Origin: an uncultured virus (IMG/VR IMGVR_UViG_3300028832_000142)
Lineage: Duplodnaviria; Heunggongvirae; Uroviricota; Caudoviricetes
Length of the DNA stretch: 64,000 bases
Virus record (IMG/VR): IMGVR_UViG_3300028832_000142
Direction: 5' to 3' (one strand)
This document shows, in pieces, positions 19,926-29,353 of the stretch (positions within the stretch are counted from its first letter, which is position 1; the number at the start of each line of letters is the position of its first letter). The notes beneath the pieces are model-generated. The model made no database searches and was not told the DNA's origin. It saw only the letters and a list, made by a program, of their open reading frames with translations. The translations under genes and the position numbers were made by a program.

Positions 19926-20609
19926 CTACTCTCCTCTCATATCAGATATCAGAGTAGGCCTAGGAAGATCTATATACCACTTACCACCTCGCTTATAGAT
20001 ACTATTTCTAGCGCCTTTAAGATCAACTTTATCCCAGCCTTTCTTATCGTCTCTACGAGAGTTAGGACTCTTCCTGTCAGAAAGACCATAAAATGTTAAC
20101 ACACTAACAAATCCATCTTCTCTGCAGTAAGTTTCCATCTCTCCAATAACGTCTTCAGCATCAGCACGAGTAGGGAACCAAATATCACGGTACGAATCAG
20201 GCATTGAATCATCATAATCGTCATCATCGTCATCCCTACGACTGCTGCCGCCATAATAACCCGTATAACCACTTTTCTTACCTCCTTTTCTCTCCATACC
20301 AAACATCATGCCAAGACCACCACAGAACATATCATAAAACGTCTGCTTAAGTGCCGGCACAGCAACTTTTAAAACTAAATACTCAGGAATATTATCCACA
20401 TGATCAGTTCCAAATATAGCTTTCTTCAATTTAGAACCAAATGTTTCTTTCTGTGGATGATACTTAACTACAGGCTTAACTTCTCTTCTCTCAACTGGAG
20501 CAGGAAGATTTGCAGGAACGGTTTCCCTATATGCGTTAGACGCACCCAAATTATTTGTAGAAACTATCACTCTGCGTTTTTCTTCTGCTCTCTGCTCAAT
20601 TTCTGACAT
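19926..20609 (-). CDS. Conserved phage hypothetical protein
   Basis: F.TR.DAE.V...G.VSV..FY, D...GW and LPRP pattern; AGGAGG RBS. Confidence 0.75.
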   Translation of the reverse strand: MSEIEQRAEEKRRVIVSTNNLGASNAYRETVPANLPAPVERREVKPVVKYHPQKETFGSKLKKAIFGTDHVDNIPEYLVLKVAVPALKQTFYDMFCGGLGMMFGMERKGGKKSGYTGYYGGSSRRDDDDDDYDDSMPDSYRDIWFPTRADAEDVIGEMETYCREDGFVSVLTFYGLSDRKSPNSRRDDKKGWDKVDLKGARNSIYKRGGKWYIDLPRPTLISDMRGE

Positions 20610-20668
20610 GGCTTTCCTCCTTTTAAAATATCATAGGAGACGTTATGTCCCCTATGACTTGAGATTTG

Positions 20669-21010
20669 TTAGGCTACTGCTTCCTGAGCTTCAGCCTGCT
20701 TCAATTTCTCTTCTCTGATGTGATCCATATTATCAATCACACCCTCGCCGAATTCTGCCATTTCTCTGGCATCATCGACATACTTTTCGATCTGGTTAGC
20801 ACTTGCTTCGCCGACTGCTCCGGCTATACCTACTAACCCTATACCTGTTACAATTTTTGCTCCACCCTTAAGTGGACCTAAATCTACGCCGGCACATGCT
20901 GCACCAGCGATAATTCCTGCGCCTACATAGGCACAGATTTTTGCCCCGGTCTTAAATATCTTCCAACCGAGATCTTTTGCTTTTTGTACTTTTTCAACTG
21001 TTAATCCCAT
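20669..21010 (-). CDS. Membrane protein
   Basis: Two Gly-rich hydrophobic segments; own promoter and terminator. Confidence 0.65.
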   Translation of the reverse strand: MGLTVEKVQKAKDLGWKIFKTGAKICAYVGAGIIAGAACAGVDLGPLKGGAKIVTGIGLVGIAGAVGEASANQIEKYVDDAREMAEFGEGVIDNMDHIREEKLKQAEAQEAVA

Positions 21011-21068
21011 AATCATACCTCCTTTTGTTTATGATGGGTCTACAGTGTCAATATATGAGGTGTAAATA

Positions 21069-21275
21069 TCAATTGAGTAACTTCTCGAGATCCTCGTCCG
21101 TACACTCTCCGGTAGCGCTTAAAGAGATTTTAAGCTTCTTATCCTCGTCCGTACGCACCATCTCAAGTTTCTCGATACAAATATCAATAGCTAAGCCCTT
21201 AGATCTCAAGAACTTAGCTATGATAGAAGACAACAACGCTTTCATGAAAGAAGATTTAATCTTCATTTCGTCCAT
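21069..21275 (-). CDS. Hypothetical protein (MDEMKIKSSFM...)
   Basis: 68-aa ORF with RBS. Confidence 0.65.
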   Translation of the reverse strand: MDEMKIKSSFMKALLSSIIAKFLRSKGLAIDICIEKLEMVRTDEDKKLKISLSATGECTDEDLEKLLN

Positions 21276-21277
21276 TG

Positions 21278-22072
21278 TTATACTCCTTTCTTGATACTAG
21301 CGTATACCTGTATACCTTTAACTGTTATAATCCAAATATCAGTCAAAGATATAACTGCAGGTATAGTGATCAGCAGCGCTAAAACAACCTGCTTCCAAGG
21401 AGTATAATGTTTCAGGTAAGCTTTCTCTTGGATTTTCTGCATGAATTCAGGATTATCCTGAAGCTGGTTACGGTAGTAGTTACGTTCGAAGTCGATCTTA
21501 GTCAACTTCTTTTCTGCATCCTTAACCGCAGCTATTGTAGCTAAGTCTTCAGGGGTTCTCTCCTTAACCACGTTAGACTGTTCCAGCTTACGAATGCGGT
21601 TCTTAGTCAACTCTGCCATCTTCATCTCAGTTTCATACTTGGAAATATCAGTCTGTAACTGAGTGATCTTACCAGTATCCTTAATAGATACGGCTACTGC
21701 AGAGTCACCAGATCCTACTGCTACCTGAGTAGAGTTACCTTCAGATGCTGTAGCAAGAGCTTTCTTAAGAATATCAACCTGATTCTTATTTGCTTCATAA
21801 GCAATCTTAGCTTCCTGATACTCATCATTTGTAAGGAGACGGTTATCTACCGCCTCCTGTTCGGCTAACTGTAACTTTCTGTGTTCAGCCTTAGCCACTA
21901 CCAGATCCTCTCTGGCTTCCTTAAGCTGATCACCAAATTTCTCATGAACTTCAAGATCAAGACCTTCATCAACATCCTTGTCAAATGAAGACCTCATGAT
22001 CTTATTGAGGATAAAACCTCCAGCGATCATAGCAAACATCGCACCATACTTAATGACAAACTTAGCGTTCAT
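21278..22072 (-). CDS. Coiled-coil membrane protein
   Basis: N- and C-terminal hydrophobic helices flanking a coiled coil. Confidence 0.65.
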   Translation of the reverse strand: MNAKFVIKYGAMFAMIAGGFILNKIMRSSFDKDVDEGLDLEVHEKFGDQLKEAREDLVVAKAEHRKLQLAEQEAVDNRLLTNDEYQEAKIAYEANKNQVDILKKALATASEGNSTQVAVGSGDSAVAVSIKDTGKITQLQTDISKYETEMKMAELTKNRIRKLEQSNVVKERTPEDLATIAAVKDAEKKLTKIDFERNYYRNQLQDNPEFMQKIQEKAYLKHYTPWKQVVLALLITIPAVISLTDIWIITVKGIQVYASIKKGV

Positions 22073-22073
22073 A

Positions 22074-22847
22074 TTAGTTCTCCTCCTTCTTGGAAATATC
22101 ATTAAGGAATTGTTCCTTTGTTATCTTTCTCTTAACTCTCCTTACGATAGTGTACTCATAATAGTAACTACCATCCTGGAAAGTATACTTTTCGTCCGTA
22201 ATCTGGACATTCCCATCGTGCTGCAATGAAGACATCTTTCTATCTTCATCGGCATCTATAGGATTAGGTTTCATGGGTTCAAGATTTGTAGTCACAGGAT
22301 TCTGAACTAGTACATACTCAGCTGCTTTCTTAACCGAAATATCATCCGGTCCTGTTAATTGATCTAGAGACCAGCCAGTAGCATTCATGATTTTATTTAC
22401 TGTCTGCTTTCTAAGTAACGGATTATCTCTGATAACACAACCCATAAATGTGTTATCTGCAATATCACACATCTTGCAAAATTCGCGAATACTTATACCA
22501 GATGCCGTGCAATACTTTCTGATCTTCTCAGATATAGCTGCACGATCAAATCCATTAATTTTATAATTCCTCTTTTCTTTGACTTCTTCCACGACTTTAT
22601 CCTCCTTTTTGGTGGCGTTAGGAAACGTTTCTGCGATTTTCTCCTGAATAATATCATTTAAAGCATTTGTTATTGCCCTTCCATTTTCATCACGAGTACG
22701 TGTCTGTGTATACTTGCTTGTAAAGCGTTCGTATGCAGACACAGTAGAAATAGCCAATCCAGATTTCTTAGCTATCTCTTCCAAACTTATTTTGTAAGCT
22801 TGTCTCTGCTGTTTGAAGTTAATATGGGATACAGGCTGTTCATTCAT
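22074..22847 (-). CDS. XRE-family HTH regulator (two HTHs)
   Basis: ISLEEIAKKSGLAISTVSAYER and ISIREFCKMCDI...T. Confidence 0.75.
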   Translation of the reverse strand: MNEQPVSHINFKQQRQAYKISLEEIAKKSGLAISTVSAYERFTSKYTQTRTRDENGRAITNALNDIIQEKIAETFPNATKKEDKVVEEVKEKRNYKINGFDRAAISEKIRKYCTASGISIREFCKMCDIADNTFMGCVIRDNPLLRKQTVNKIMNATGWSLDQLTGPDDISVKKAAEYVLVQNPVTTNLEPMKPNPIDADEDRKMSSLQHDGNVQITDEKYTFQDGSYYYEYTIVRRVKRKITKEQFLNDISKKEEN

Positions 22848-22910
22848 TTTTGTTCCTCCTTTTAATAGGTTGACAAAAGCTTAGAGGAGATGTTATCTCC
22901 TCTAAATAAC

Positions 22911-23081
22911 TTATTCAGTTTTCTCTTCTTCCTTTTCAGGAAGGGCGATGTCGCCACCGCCATAATTTTTTTCAGGAAGGAACTGACTAACGCCAAATCC
23001 TCCGATTAATAGCCCTATTATTACACAGGCTAAACCACCTGCTTTTTTGGCTATCTTCCAGATCTTGTCTTTTCTTGTCAT
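22911..23081 (-). CDS. Small membrane protein
   Basis: Single TM helix; own promoter and terminator. Confidence 0.6.
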   Translation of the reverse strand: MTRKDKIWKIAKKAGGLACVIIGLLIGGFGVSQFLPEKNYGGGDIALPEKEEEKTE

Positions 23082-23116
23082 ATTTTTCACCTCCTTCATA
23101 TTAAGGTGTGTAAATA

Positions 23117-23524
23117 TCACAGTTTAATTGACTTCATCATAGGCATATCTGAATAAGTATACCCTTTAGCTAACTGCTCAGCTAATGACTTATTATAAGC
23201 TTCATCTGCTGCTGTTATTAACTCGCCGTAAGATAAACCTATCTTGTCAGCTACCTTAGCAAACATAGCGTCCGTAGCAGCCATCTCAGCTGTATCAATA
23301 TAATTATGTGCAAGCAATCGATCAGCTGTTTTAGCGATCGCCTCTGTGTGCATACGCACAACTCTATTGAGTTTATTTATAGCCATCCACTCACATGCTA
23401 CAAATACAGTTATTCCAGCTCCCCAAGCAAGCTTAGCTGCTGTAGCTGGTTTCTCGTCTGCAGTTCTCTTAACTGCTTCCTTAACATCTGCAAGTGTTAT
23501 ATCTTTAAGATCTGATAATTTCAT
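23117..23524 (-). CDS. Hypothetical (possible membrane) protein
   Basis: AAGGAGG RBS. Confidence 0.65.
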   Translation of the reverse strand: MKLSDLKDITLADVKEAVKRTADEKPATAAKLAWGAGITVFVACEWMAINKLNRVVRMHTEAIAKTADRLLAHNYIDTAEMAATDAMFAKVADKIGLSYGELITAADEAYNKSLAEQLAKGYTYSDMPMMKSIKL

Positions 23525-23583
23525 TATTATCTCCTCCTTTTATTTGGTAAAAGTTTGGGGGAATGAATCCCCCAAAACCTGGT

Positions 23584-24003
23584 TTACTCTACATCGATGG
23601 GATCTGACTCCCCGATGTCAATTGTTATTTCATCTTCCGGATCATCTCCAGAAGAGTTTCCTCCAGATAACTTATTGTAGTTATCTGTTGCCTTGTCGAA
23701 GCCAACGGCCTCGCCAATTTTTTCGCCGACGATACATCCGCCGACTACCAAAAGTACCACACCGGCACCTTTGGCGATCTTCTTACCGACTCTCTTGGTC
23801 TTCTGCCAGAAAGTCTCCTTTACCTCAGGCTCCTCTGCGGGAACCTGTGCCTGCTGTTCAGCCGGAATCTGCTGCTCCTGCTGAATGTTTTCTGTTACTG
23901 TTGTTTCCTGAGTCTTATTCATCTCAGTTACCTCCTTAACGTTTATTGCATCATTCTCAGATGCGTTGTTTGCGGTTACATTGTTCTTGTTTTCTTTTGC
24001 CAT
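23584..24003 (-). CDS. Low-complexity membrane-anchored protein
   Basis: Single TM helix; promoter at 24053-24076; terminator at 23552-23579. Confidence 0.65.
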   Translation of the reverse strand: MAKENKNNVTANNASENDAINVKEVTEMNKTQETTVTENIQQEQQIPAEQQAQVPAEEPEVKETFWQKTKRVGKKIAKGAGVVLLVVGGCIVGEKIGEAVGFDKATDNYNKLSGGNSSGDDPEDEITIDIGESDPIDVE

Positions 24004-24111
24004 TTTTGTACCCTCCTTTTATGGTTTAAAATGGTTACATTGTTTACTATCTCCGCATAATAATGCGTGTAAAAACTGTGGTTAAATATCAGTCAAAATT
24101 ATACCACAATT

Positions 24112-24933
24112 CTAATAATAACGTGGGTCATATTTCTCACGTCTTTCTGGCAAAAGAAGCAAATATACTACCGTACATCTATGCCCTTTATACTCCTCTA
24201 CGTGAGGATCACATATATTATTGACGTCTATATTATCTGAGAAAGGCAATGACGTCCATCCCCAGTTTTCACAGGATTCAGAATATTCTCCTCCGCAATC
24301 CTCTATGAAATTGGCCCAGGACCACCAGTCTTCTCCTCCACCGTCATATGGTCGCAACTTCTTATTAACACGTTCTGCGGCCTGATAGATTTTTTCGTAC
24401 GTAGTCGGGAATTCTTGTCCTGTATACCGATCTTTAAGAATTACGCCTCCTGTCGCAGCATCACAAATATCAGTCAACACTTCTTTCTTAACAGGATGCT
24501 CCTTAAGATCATCTTCGTTAACCTTATGCTCAATTTGTCGAACTTTGTTCTTACCAATCTCATCAATTGCATATTTCTTAAACTTATCGCTCCCTTCTCT
24601 TAAAAGATTATAAGCAGCTATTAATTCTAACTGCTTTTTCTTATCAATACTGTGCGCCCCACCTATACATGCTATTGTGATTCCTGCCGTAACTACAGGC
24701 GGAATATAATAATACCATGTTGCTTTAAGTTTCTCTACTGGCTCGAGAGGTGCTCCTTTTTCTTCCTCAGCCTCCTTTTCAGCTTCTCTCGCTGCCTTCA
24801 TACATTCTGCAGATATAATTGATACCGCTACTACGCCTACCATACCTATACCTGTAAGAATACCACTTGAGTGTGCGTTTGTCCATTTAAGCGTGTGTTT
24901 CCCGAACTTAATCAGGCTTGACATAAATGACAT
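24112..24933 (-). CDS. DUF6353-like membrane-associated phage protein
   Basis: SSGILTGIGMVGVV, YIPPV..G.TIACI, AAY.L, D.YTGQ.F and GW motifs. Confidence 0.65.
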   Translation of the reverse strand: MSFMSSLIKFGKHTLKWTNAHSSGILTGIGMVGVVAVSIISAECMKAAREAEKEAEEEKGAPLEPVEKLKATWYYYIPPVVTAGITIACIGGAHSIDKKKQLELIAAYNLLREGSDKFKKYAIDEIGKNKVRQIEHKVNEDDLKEHPVKKEVLTDICDAATGGVILKDRYTGQEFPTTYEKIYQAAERVNKKLRPYDGGGEDWWSWANFIEDCGGEYSESCENWGWTSLPFSDNIDVNNICDPHVEEYKGHRCTVVYLLLLPERREKYDPRYY

Positions 24934-25074
24934 GATGTATTCCTCCTTCTGAAAAATATCTGAAGGTATGAATCATTCGGATTTAAACCGACCAACCTTT
25001 CGATTGCTTTCATAAGTTTTTCATATCTTCATTATAGTGTGTGAAAAATCCATAGGGGCCGAAGCCCCATGGGA

Positions 25075-25659
25075 TTATACAAGTATTCCTCTGTCTACCT
25101 CGTTATCTTCGAGGTATTTTGCCAGGGCGATCACATCGCTACCTGACAATTCATAGTCCATCTTCAACCTGCCAGTGCAGGTTGTGTCCTCCTTGTACTC
25201 TATTTCGCCGGTCTTTAACCAGCTCTTGACGAACTTATACTTCGTCAAGTCCGACGCATAAGTCGTACATTTGACTTTCGCGTCCTTATCAATTTCCGTA
25301 ACCTTGTAACCAAGATCACGAAGATCTTTGATGAGTTCGTCCCGACGTTCTGCATCGGGATCGTCATCCTCTTCTTCCTGAGCCTTTTCAGGTTCAGGCT
25401 CTTCTTTTGGCTGCTCCTTTTCAGCCTTTGTTTTGGATATGAGATCATTACACATATCCATAAACGAGGTTGTTAAATCCCCGTTTGTAAACAACTCGGC
25501 AAATCCTGCGCCGAGATCGATTACTTCCTGTTCATTGAGATCAATTCCTACCTCAACATCGTTTGAAATTTTTAAATAAATTCTCACTTGTTTAGACGGT
25601 TGTTTTAACCCCGCGGTTCCGTCTCCGCGTTTAAATGCGTGTACACTCGTACTCCGCAT
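25075..25659 (-). CDS. Acidic hypothetical protein (start uncertain)
   Basis: Long ORF; the listed ATG overlaps the promoter element, so the true start is probably downstream. Confidence 0.6.
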   Translation of the reverse strand: MRSTSVHAFKRGDGTAGLKQPSKQVRIYLKISNDVEVGIDLNEQEVIDLGAGFAELFTNGDLTTSFMDMCNDLISKTKAEKEQPKEEPEPEKAQEEEDDDPDAERRDELIKDLRDLGYKVTEIDKDAKVKCTTYASDLTKYKFVKSWLKTGEIEYKEDTTCTGRLKMDYELSGSDVIALAKYLEDNEVDRGILV

Positions 25660-25707
25660 AATAATGTGTGTAAAAACTACAGCGTCCGTAGACGCCGTAG
25701 CGGTGTT

Positions 25708-25854
25708 CTAGTCTTTACCTAGAACATGTTTCTTTATTAATTTTATTACTATGGCTGCTGCTATTCCAGCCAATATAAATTGCCAGCCGACTATTGCGGC
25801 TGTGATGAATGCTAACACTCCTGTTAACAATAATAGCAAAATCGCTGCTATCAT
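25708..25854 (-). CDS. Small hydrophobic membrane peptide
   Basis: GGAGGTG RBS; two-helix hydrophobic 48-aa product. Confidence 0.6.
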   Translation of the reverse strand: MIAAILLLLLTGVLAFITAAIVGWQFILAGIAAAIVIKLIKKHVLGKD

Positions 25855-26178
25855 TAAATCACCTCCTCTTTTATGTATTCTATTGATTTTACCAGTCCTA
25901 AGACTGATAGTCCTAATACTATTCCGTACCAGAATCCTTTTAAAAATTCTTTCATATTGCACCTCCTTTGTTTATGTGTGCGTTATCGTTTCATTATAGC
26001 ACATGTAAAAACCGGAGGATATGAACCTCCGGCTCATATTCCTATCTTGTCATATAGATCAATACTAGTGCTGCTAGGATTCCAAAATCACCTCCTATAT
26101 AAGCTCCTGCTACTATTAATCCTACCCAAGTTAACCACTTGAATACGGCCGACTTTTTCATGTCATATCCTCCTCATA

Positions 26179-26526
26179 TTAATGATTTGTGTTCCAAATA
26201 CCCTTATACCAAGGGTGTTCGTCATCGAGATTGTCTACACAACCCCAACTCATAATTAATTCTTTTTCTTCAGCCGTAATAACTTCGTCTTTACGGCTTA
26301 TTAAGTTTATTCCCTCAGAACAATGATGTTCTGCTGTTGCTGATAATACCTCCGTCTCACAGACGGGGCATTTCCATTTTACTTCCTCACGGAAGCTACC
26401 ACTACAATTGTGGTATTTTAAAATATCAGGATCCCCTTTCAGGATCTTGACTTCCGTTTCGCACAGAGGGCATTTGCACCTCCATACTTCTGATTTGTTT
26501 GCTTTTCCTTTTTTAATAATTTCCAT
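26179..26526 (-). CDS. Zinc-ribbon protein
   Basis: KCPLCETEV and KCPVCETEV repeats. Confidence 0.7.
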   Translation of the reverse strand: MEIIKKGKANKSEVWRCKCPLCETEVKILKGDPDILKYHNCSGSFREEVKWKCPVCETEVLSATAEHHCSEGINLISRKDEVITAEEKELIMSWGCVDNLDDEHPWYKGIWNTNH

Positions 26527-26612
26527 GGCATAATCCTCCTTTTTATGGTTACCATGTTTACAGTGTCAATATAATCCGTGTAAAAAGCATAGGGGCCGAA
26601 GCCCCCTGAGGA

Positions 26613-26984
26613 TTACTCCTCGTTTGCTTTCTCGATATCCAACAGGATATCTAATTTAGCATCCATCAGCATAAGCTGACGACGCTGTTTCTCTATCATG
26701 CCAACCATCACCTGATTGACATATTTCTGCTTATTGTACAGTCTATCCTGTGCAATAGCATACTCTATTGCATCGTCCATAATAGACGATATGTTTTTCA
26801 TCACATCTCTTACATATGATGAGTAACCCGGATATATATCATCGATATCTTCGATGTTCTGTCCGAGCATTTTAAACAAACTTTCAACGTCGAATACTTT
26901 TTCTATTCGACTTCTTGTTTTCCTCATGTATTCCTCATTTACATGAGCCAGTTCATCTTTTCTGTTTTCATTATTCATACCCAT
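26613..26984 (-). CDS. Hypothetical protein (early cassette)
   Basis: RBS, promoter and terminator flank the ORF. Confidence 0.7.
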   Translation of the reverse strand: MGMNNENRKDELAHVNEEYMRKTRSRIEKVFDVESLFKMLGQNIEDIDDIYPGYSSYVRDVMKNISSIMDDAIEYAIAQDRLYNKQKYVNQVMVGMIEKQRRQLMLMDAKLDILLDIEKANEE

Positions 26985-27070
26985 ACCTCCTGTTTATGTT
27001 AATGGGTTTACAGTGTCAATATAACACGTGTAAAAACTATAGCCCATTTAATTGAGCTATAGTAAAAAGT

Positions 27071-27439
27071 TTATACTTTTTTTAAATTTTTCAATCTATG
27101 TTCTTCTGTTTCACATAAAAGAACATACGTACTCAGAACCATGCTTAAATATATTTCAACATGTTCTGATGTTTTTGTTCCGTAATTGCTTACGGTTTGT
27201 TTTGTAACCTTTGCCATTTTGGCAAGGTTTGTCTGAGTCAATCCACTATTAGCCAGTGAATTGAAGAAATCTTCTTTAGACAACCTTACGTCGTCTAAAA
27301 GTCCTTCTAATCTTTCTCTACTTTCTTTTCTTATTTCTTCGATGATCATATCAAATCCTCCTGTTTCTTCTATGAAATTTCTTAATATATTACTAGAATA
27401 TTCATAGATTGTTTTGGTTTTAATTTCTGTATCATTCAT
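27071..27439 (-). CDS. HTH DNA-binding protein (XRE-like)
   Basis: GLTQTNLAKMAKVTKQTVSNY. Confidence 0.7.
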   Translation of the reverse strand: MNDTEIKTKTIYEYSSNILRNFIEETGGFDMIIEEIRKESRERLEGLLDDVRLSKEDFFNSLANSGLTQTNLAKMAKVTKQTVSNYGTKTSEHVEIYLSMVLSTYVLLCETEEHRLKNLKKV

Positions 27440-27504
27440 ATCATCACCTCCTATTATAACCCTTGTAAAAACTACAGCGTCCGTAGACGCCGTAGAATAT
27501 CTTT

Positions 27505-27789
27505 CTACCAAAATAGAACATCTAACTTCTGTTCATTTATATACAGTGCTCCGGATTGAAACCATCCAGTTTTGTATGTGTATTCTATTTTAGTTTCACT
27601 CTTTTCTATCTTATCCAACTCATCGTGATCTTTTTCTTTTATCTCTTTAAGTATTTCTTCAAATCTGTTGTTCATTGCTTGTATTGCTTTTTCTTTAGTT
27701 GAGAATACTCCTATTATGCCAGTACTTGACATAGATTCGTAAACACAACCATCGTCAATGTCAAACCACAATAAATATACTTTGTTCAT
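27505..27789 (-). CDS. Hypothetical protein (GVFSTKEKA motif)
   Basis: KVYLL...IIGVFST.EKA pattern; cassette-bounded. Confidence 0.7.
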   Translation of the reverse strand: MNKVYLLWFDIDDGCVYESMSSTGIIGVFSTKEKAIQAMNNRFEEILKEIKEKDHDELDKIEKSETKIEYTYKTGWFQSGALYINEQKLDVLFW

Positions 27790-27884
27790 ACTTTTCTCCT
27801 TTCGTTTAATAATAAGTTTATAAGTGTCATTATAACCCTTGTAAAAACTATAGGGCATGAAGCCCCATAGTCTAGAGGAATTGT

Positions 27885-28202
27885 TCAGATATGAACTATC
27901 CTCAACATACTCCTTCCGATCTCTTTAAAGAACGGTTCTGCTGCCTTGTCGATAAGCTTGCGATAAAGTAACATACCGCCTATGCCGATCACTCCACCCA
28001 AGATCGTCTTCTTCACTTCCTTGATCACTTTCTCTTTCTCTGTCTCAAGTTCTGTTAACGTCTTGTAGGCTTCGAGCGCATCTGCATACTCTTTAGTACC
28101 TACTTCAAATTCACCAAGCTTATCTTTTGCTCGCTGAATCTCATTCTTTAACTCCAAAGAGTTCGAACGAGTTTCTGTTGATACAACTTCTTTTACTGTC
28201 AT
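27885..28202 (-). CDS. Hypothetical protein with C-terminal hydrophobic segment
   Basis: Cassette-bounded ORF. Confidence 0.7.
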   Translation of the reverse strand: MTVKEVVSTETRSNSLELKNEIQRAKDKLGEFEVGTKEYADALEAYKTLTELETEKEKVIKEVKKTILGGVIGIGGMLLYRKLIDKAAEPFFKEIGRSMLRIVHI

Positions 28203-28278
28203 ATCCTTTCCTCCTTCTATTTGTATGGTCTGGTACTTCCAGACTCATAATATAAAGTGTAAAAAGCATAGCACGTGG

Positions 28279-28479
28279 CTATGCAAAATTATTAACTAAT
28301 TCTAAAAATTCTTCTTTCCTTTCTAAATACTCATTTGTAGCCCAACCTTCTTTTTCAAGAGTTGAGCAAATTTCTTTTGCTTCTTCTTCCGTTTTTGCTG
28401 TTTTAAATATGTGATCTCCATCATTTTTAAAGAATATCAAGTATATTTCTTTTCTTTCATCATAATAGTAATTCCACAT
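28279..28479 (-). CDS. Hypothetical protein
   Basis: Cassette-bounded ORF. Confidence 0.65.
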   Translation of the reverse strand: MWNYYYDERKEIYLIFFKNDGDHIFKTAKTEEEAKEICSTLEKEGWATNEYLERKEEFLELVNNFA

Positions 28480-28550
28480 AATATAATTCCTCCTTTAATG
28501 TTTATAAGGTTTATGTTCTCATTATAGGAGGTGAAAAAACTATAACGCCG

Positions 28551-28781
28551 TTAAGCGTCATAGTTTACATTTTGCAGTTCCTCAACAAGGAACTTTTCAA
28601 AGATATCCATAGCGGATATCTGACCATTTAATAAACCGAAAACATACGCGTTTTCAGCTTTATCTATATCTTTCTTTTCCTGTTCATCTGCTGCCTTCTG
28701 CAGCTTTTCTTTACATTCAGACATTCTTTCTAACATTCTGAAATATAAATTTTTCATTTCTCTTTCTATTTCTTCGTTCAT
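28551..28781 (-). CDS. Hypothetical protein
   Basis: Cassette-bounded ORF. Confidence 0.7.
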   Translation of the reverse strand: MNEEIEREMKNLYFRMLERMSECKEKLQKAADEQEKKDIDKAENAYVFGLLNGQISAMDIFEKFLVEELQNVNYDA

Positions 28782-28871
28782 CTTTTTCTCCTTTCGTTTA
28801 TGAGGCCTACTATATCCTCATTATAAGGAGTGAAAAAGCTATAGCGTCCGTAGACGCTATAGACTAGCAAT

Positions 28872-29150
28872 TTAAAGGCTTGCCATAACCTTCTGTCTCT
28901 CTTCCTCATTTAACATAGGTAAGAGAACATACTCATTATCTTGCATTGGTGCAAGATGATATGCTCTTTTAACAAGAGCAAACTGGACCATGTTGCTGTC
29001 CATGTATACCAAAGTTACTGGTATACGATCTTCTCCCACAAGCTCGTCGTCTTGTGTTTCTACTGGTGTTCCATACTTCTTCAAATCTGTAAGTACAGAA
29101 TCTAAATCCAATTCTTCTTTCTGAAACACTATTACATATTTCACTCTCAT
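28872..29150 (-). CDS. Hypothetical protein
   Basis: Cassette-bounded ORF. Confidence 0.7.
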   Translation of the reverse strand: MRVKYVIVFQKEELDLDSVLTDLKKYGTPVETQDDELVGEDRIPVTLVYMDSNMVQFALVKRAYHLAPMQDNEYVLLPMLNEEERQKVMASL

Positions 29151-29353
29151 TTTAATTCTCCTTTCGATATATAATGTTTATGTGTCATTATAGTAGATGT
29201 AAAAAATATAATAAATGTAAAGACGGTTCTTGTTGAACCGCCAAGTCAATTGAGTTCTCTCCTCTACCCACTCAATCAAGGTATCCTGTCCTATTCCAGG
29301 CGCCAAGGTAATTCATTTTTCAGATTACCTCCCTATAATACAGTGTGAAAATA

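Larger units (their letters stand above)
25028..29352 (-). repeat. Array of repeated terminator-hairpin plus promoter junctions separating single-gene cassettes
   Basis: Twelve promoter copies in 4.3 kb, most fused to the T tract of a hairpin; identical hairpins recur (CTACAGCGTCCGTAGACGCCGTAG at 25677 and 27472; CATAGGGGCCGAAGCCCC at 25051 and 26588). Confidence 0.85.

Noticed and set aside
23081..23097. Plus-strand TTTTCACCTCC as an extra promoter (also at about 32251)
   Set aside because: Lacks the TATAAT-like box; it is the reverse complement of a GGAGGTGAAAA RBS
25028..29352. CRISPR array or integron attC array
   Set aside because: Repeats are degenerate and separated by whole genes of variable length with RBSs; no cas or integron integrase gene; better explained as terminator-promoter junctions
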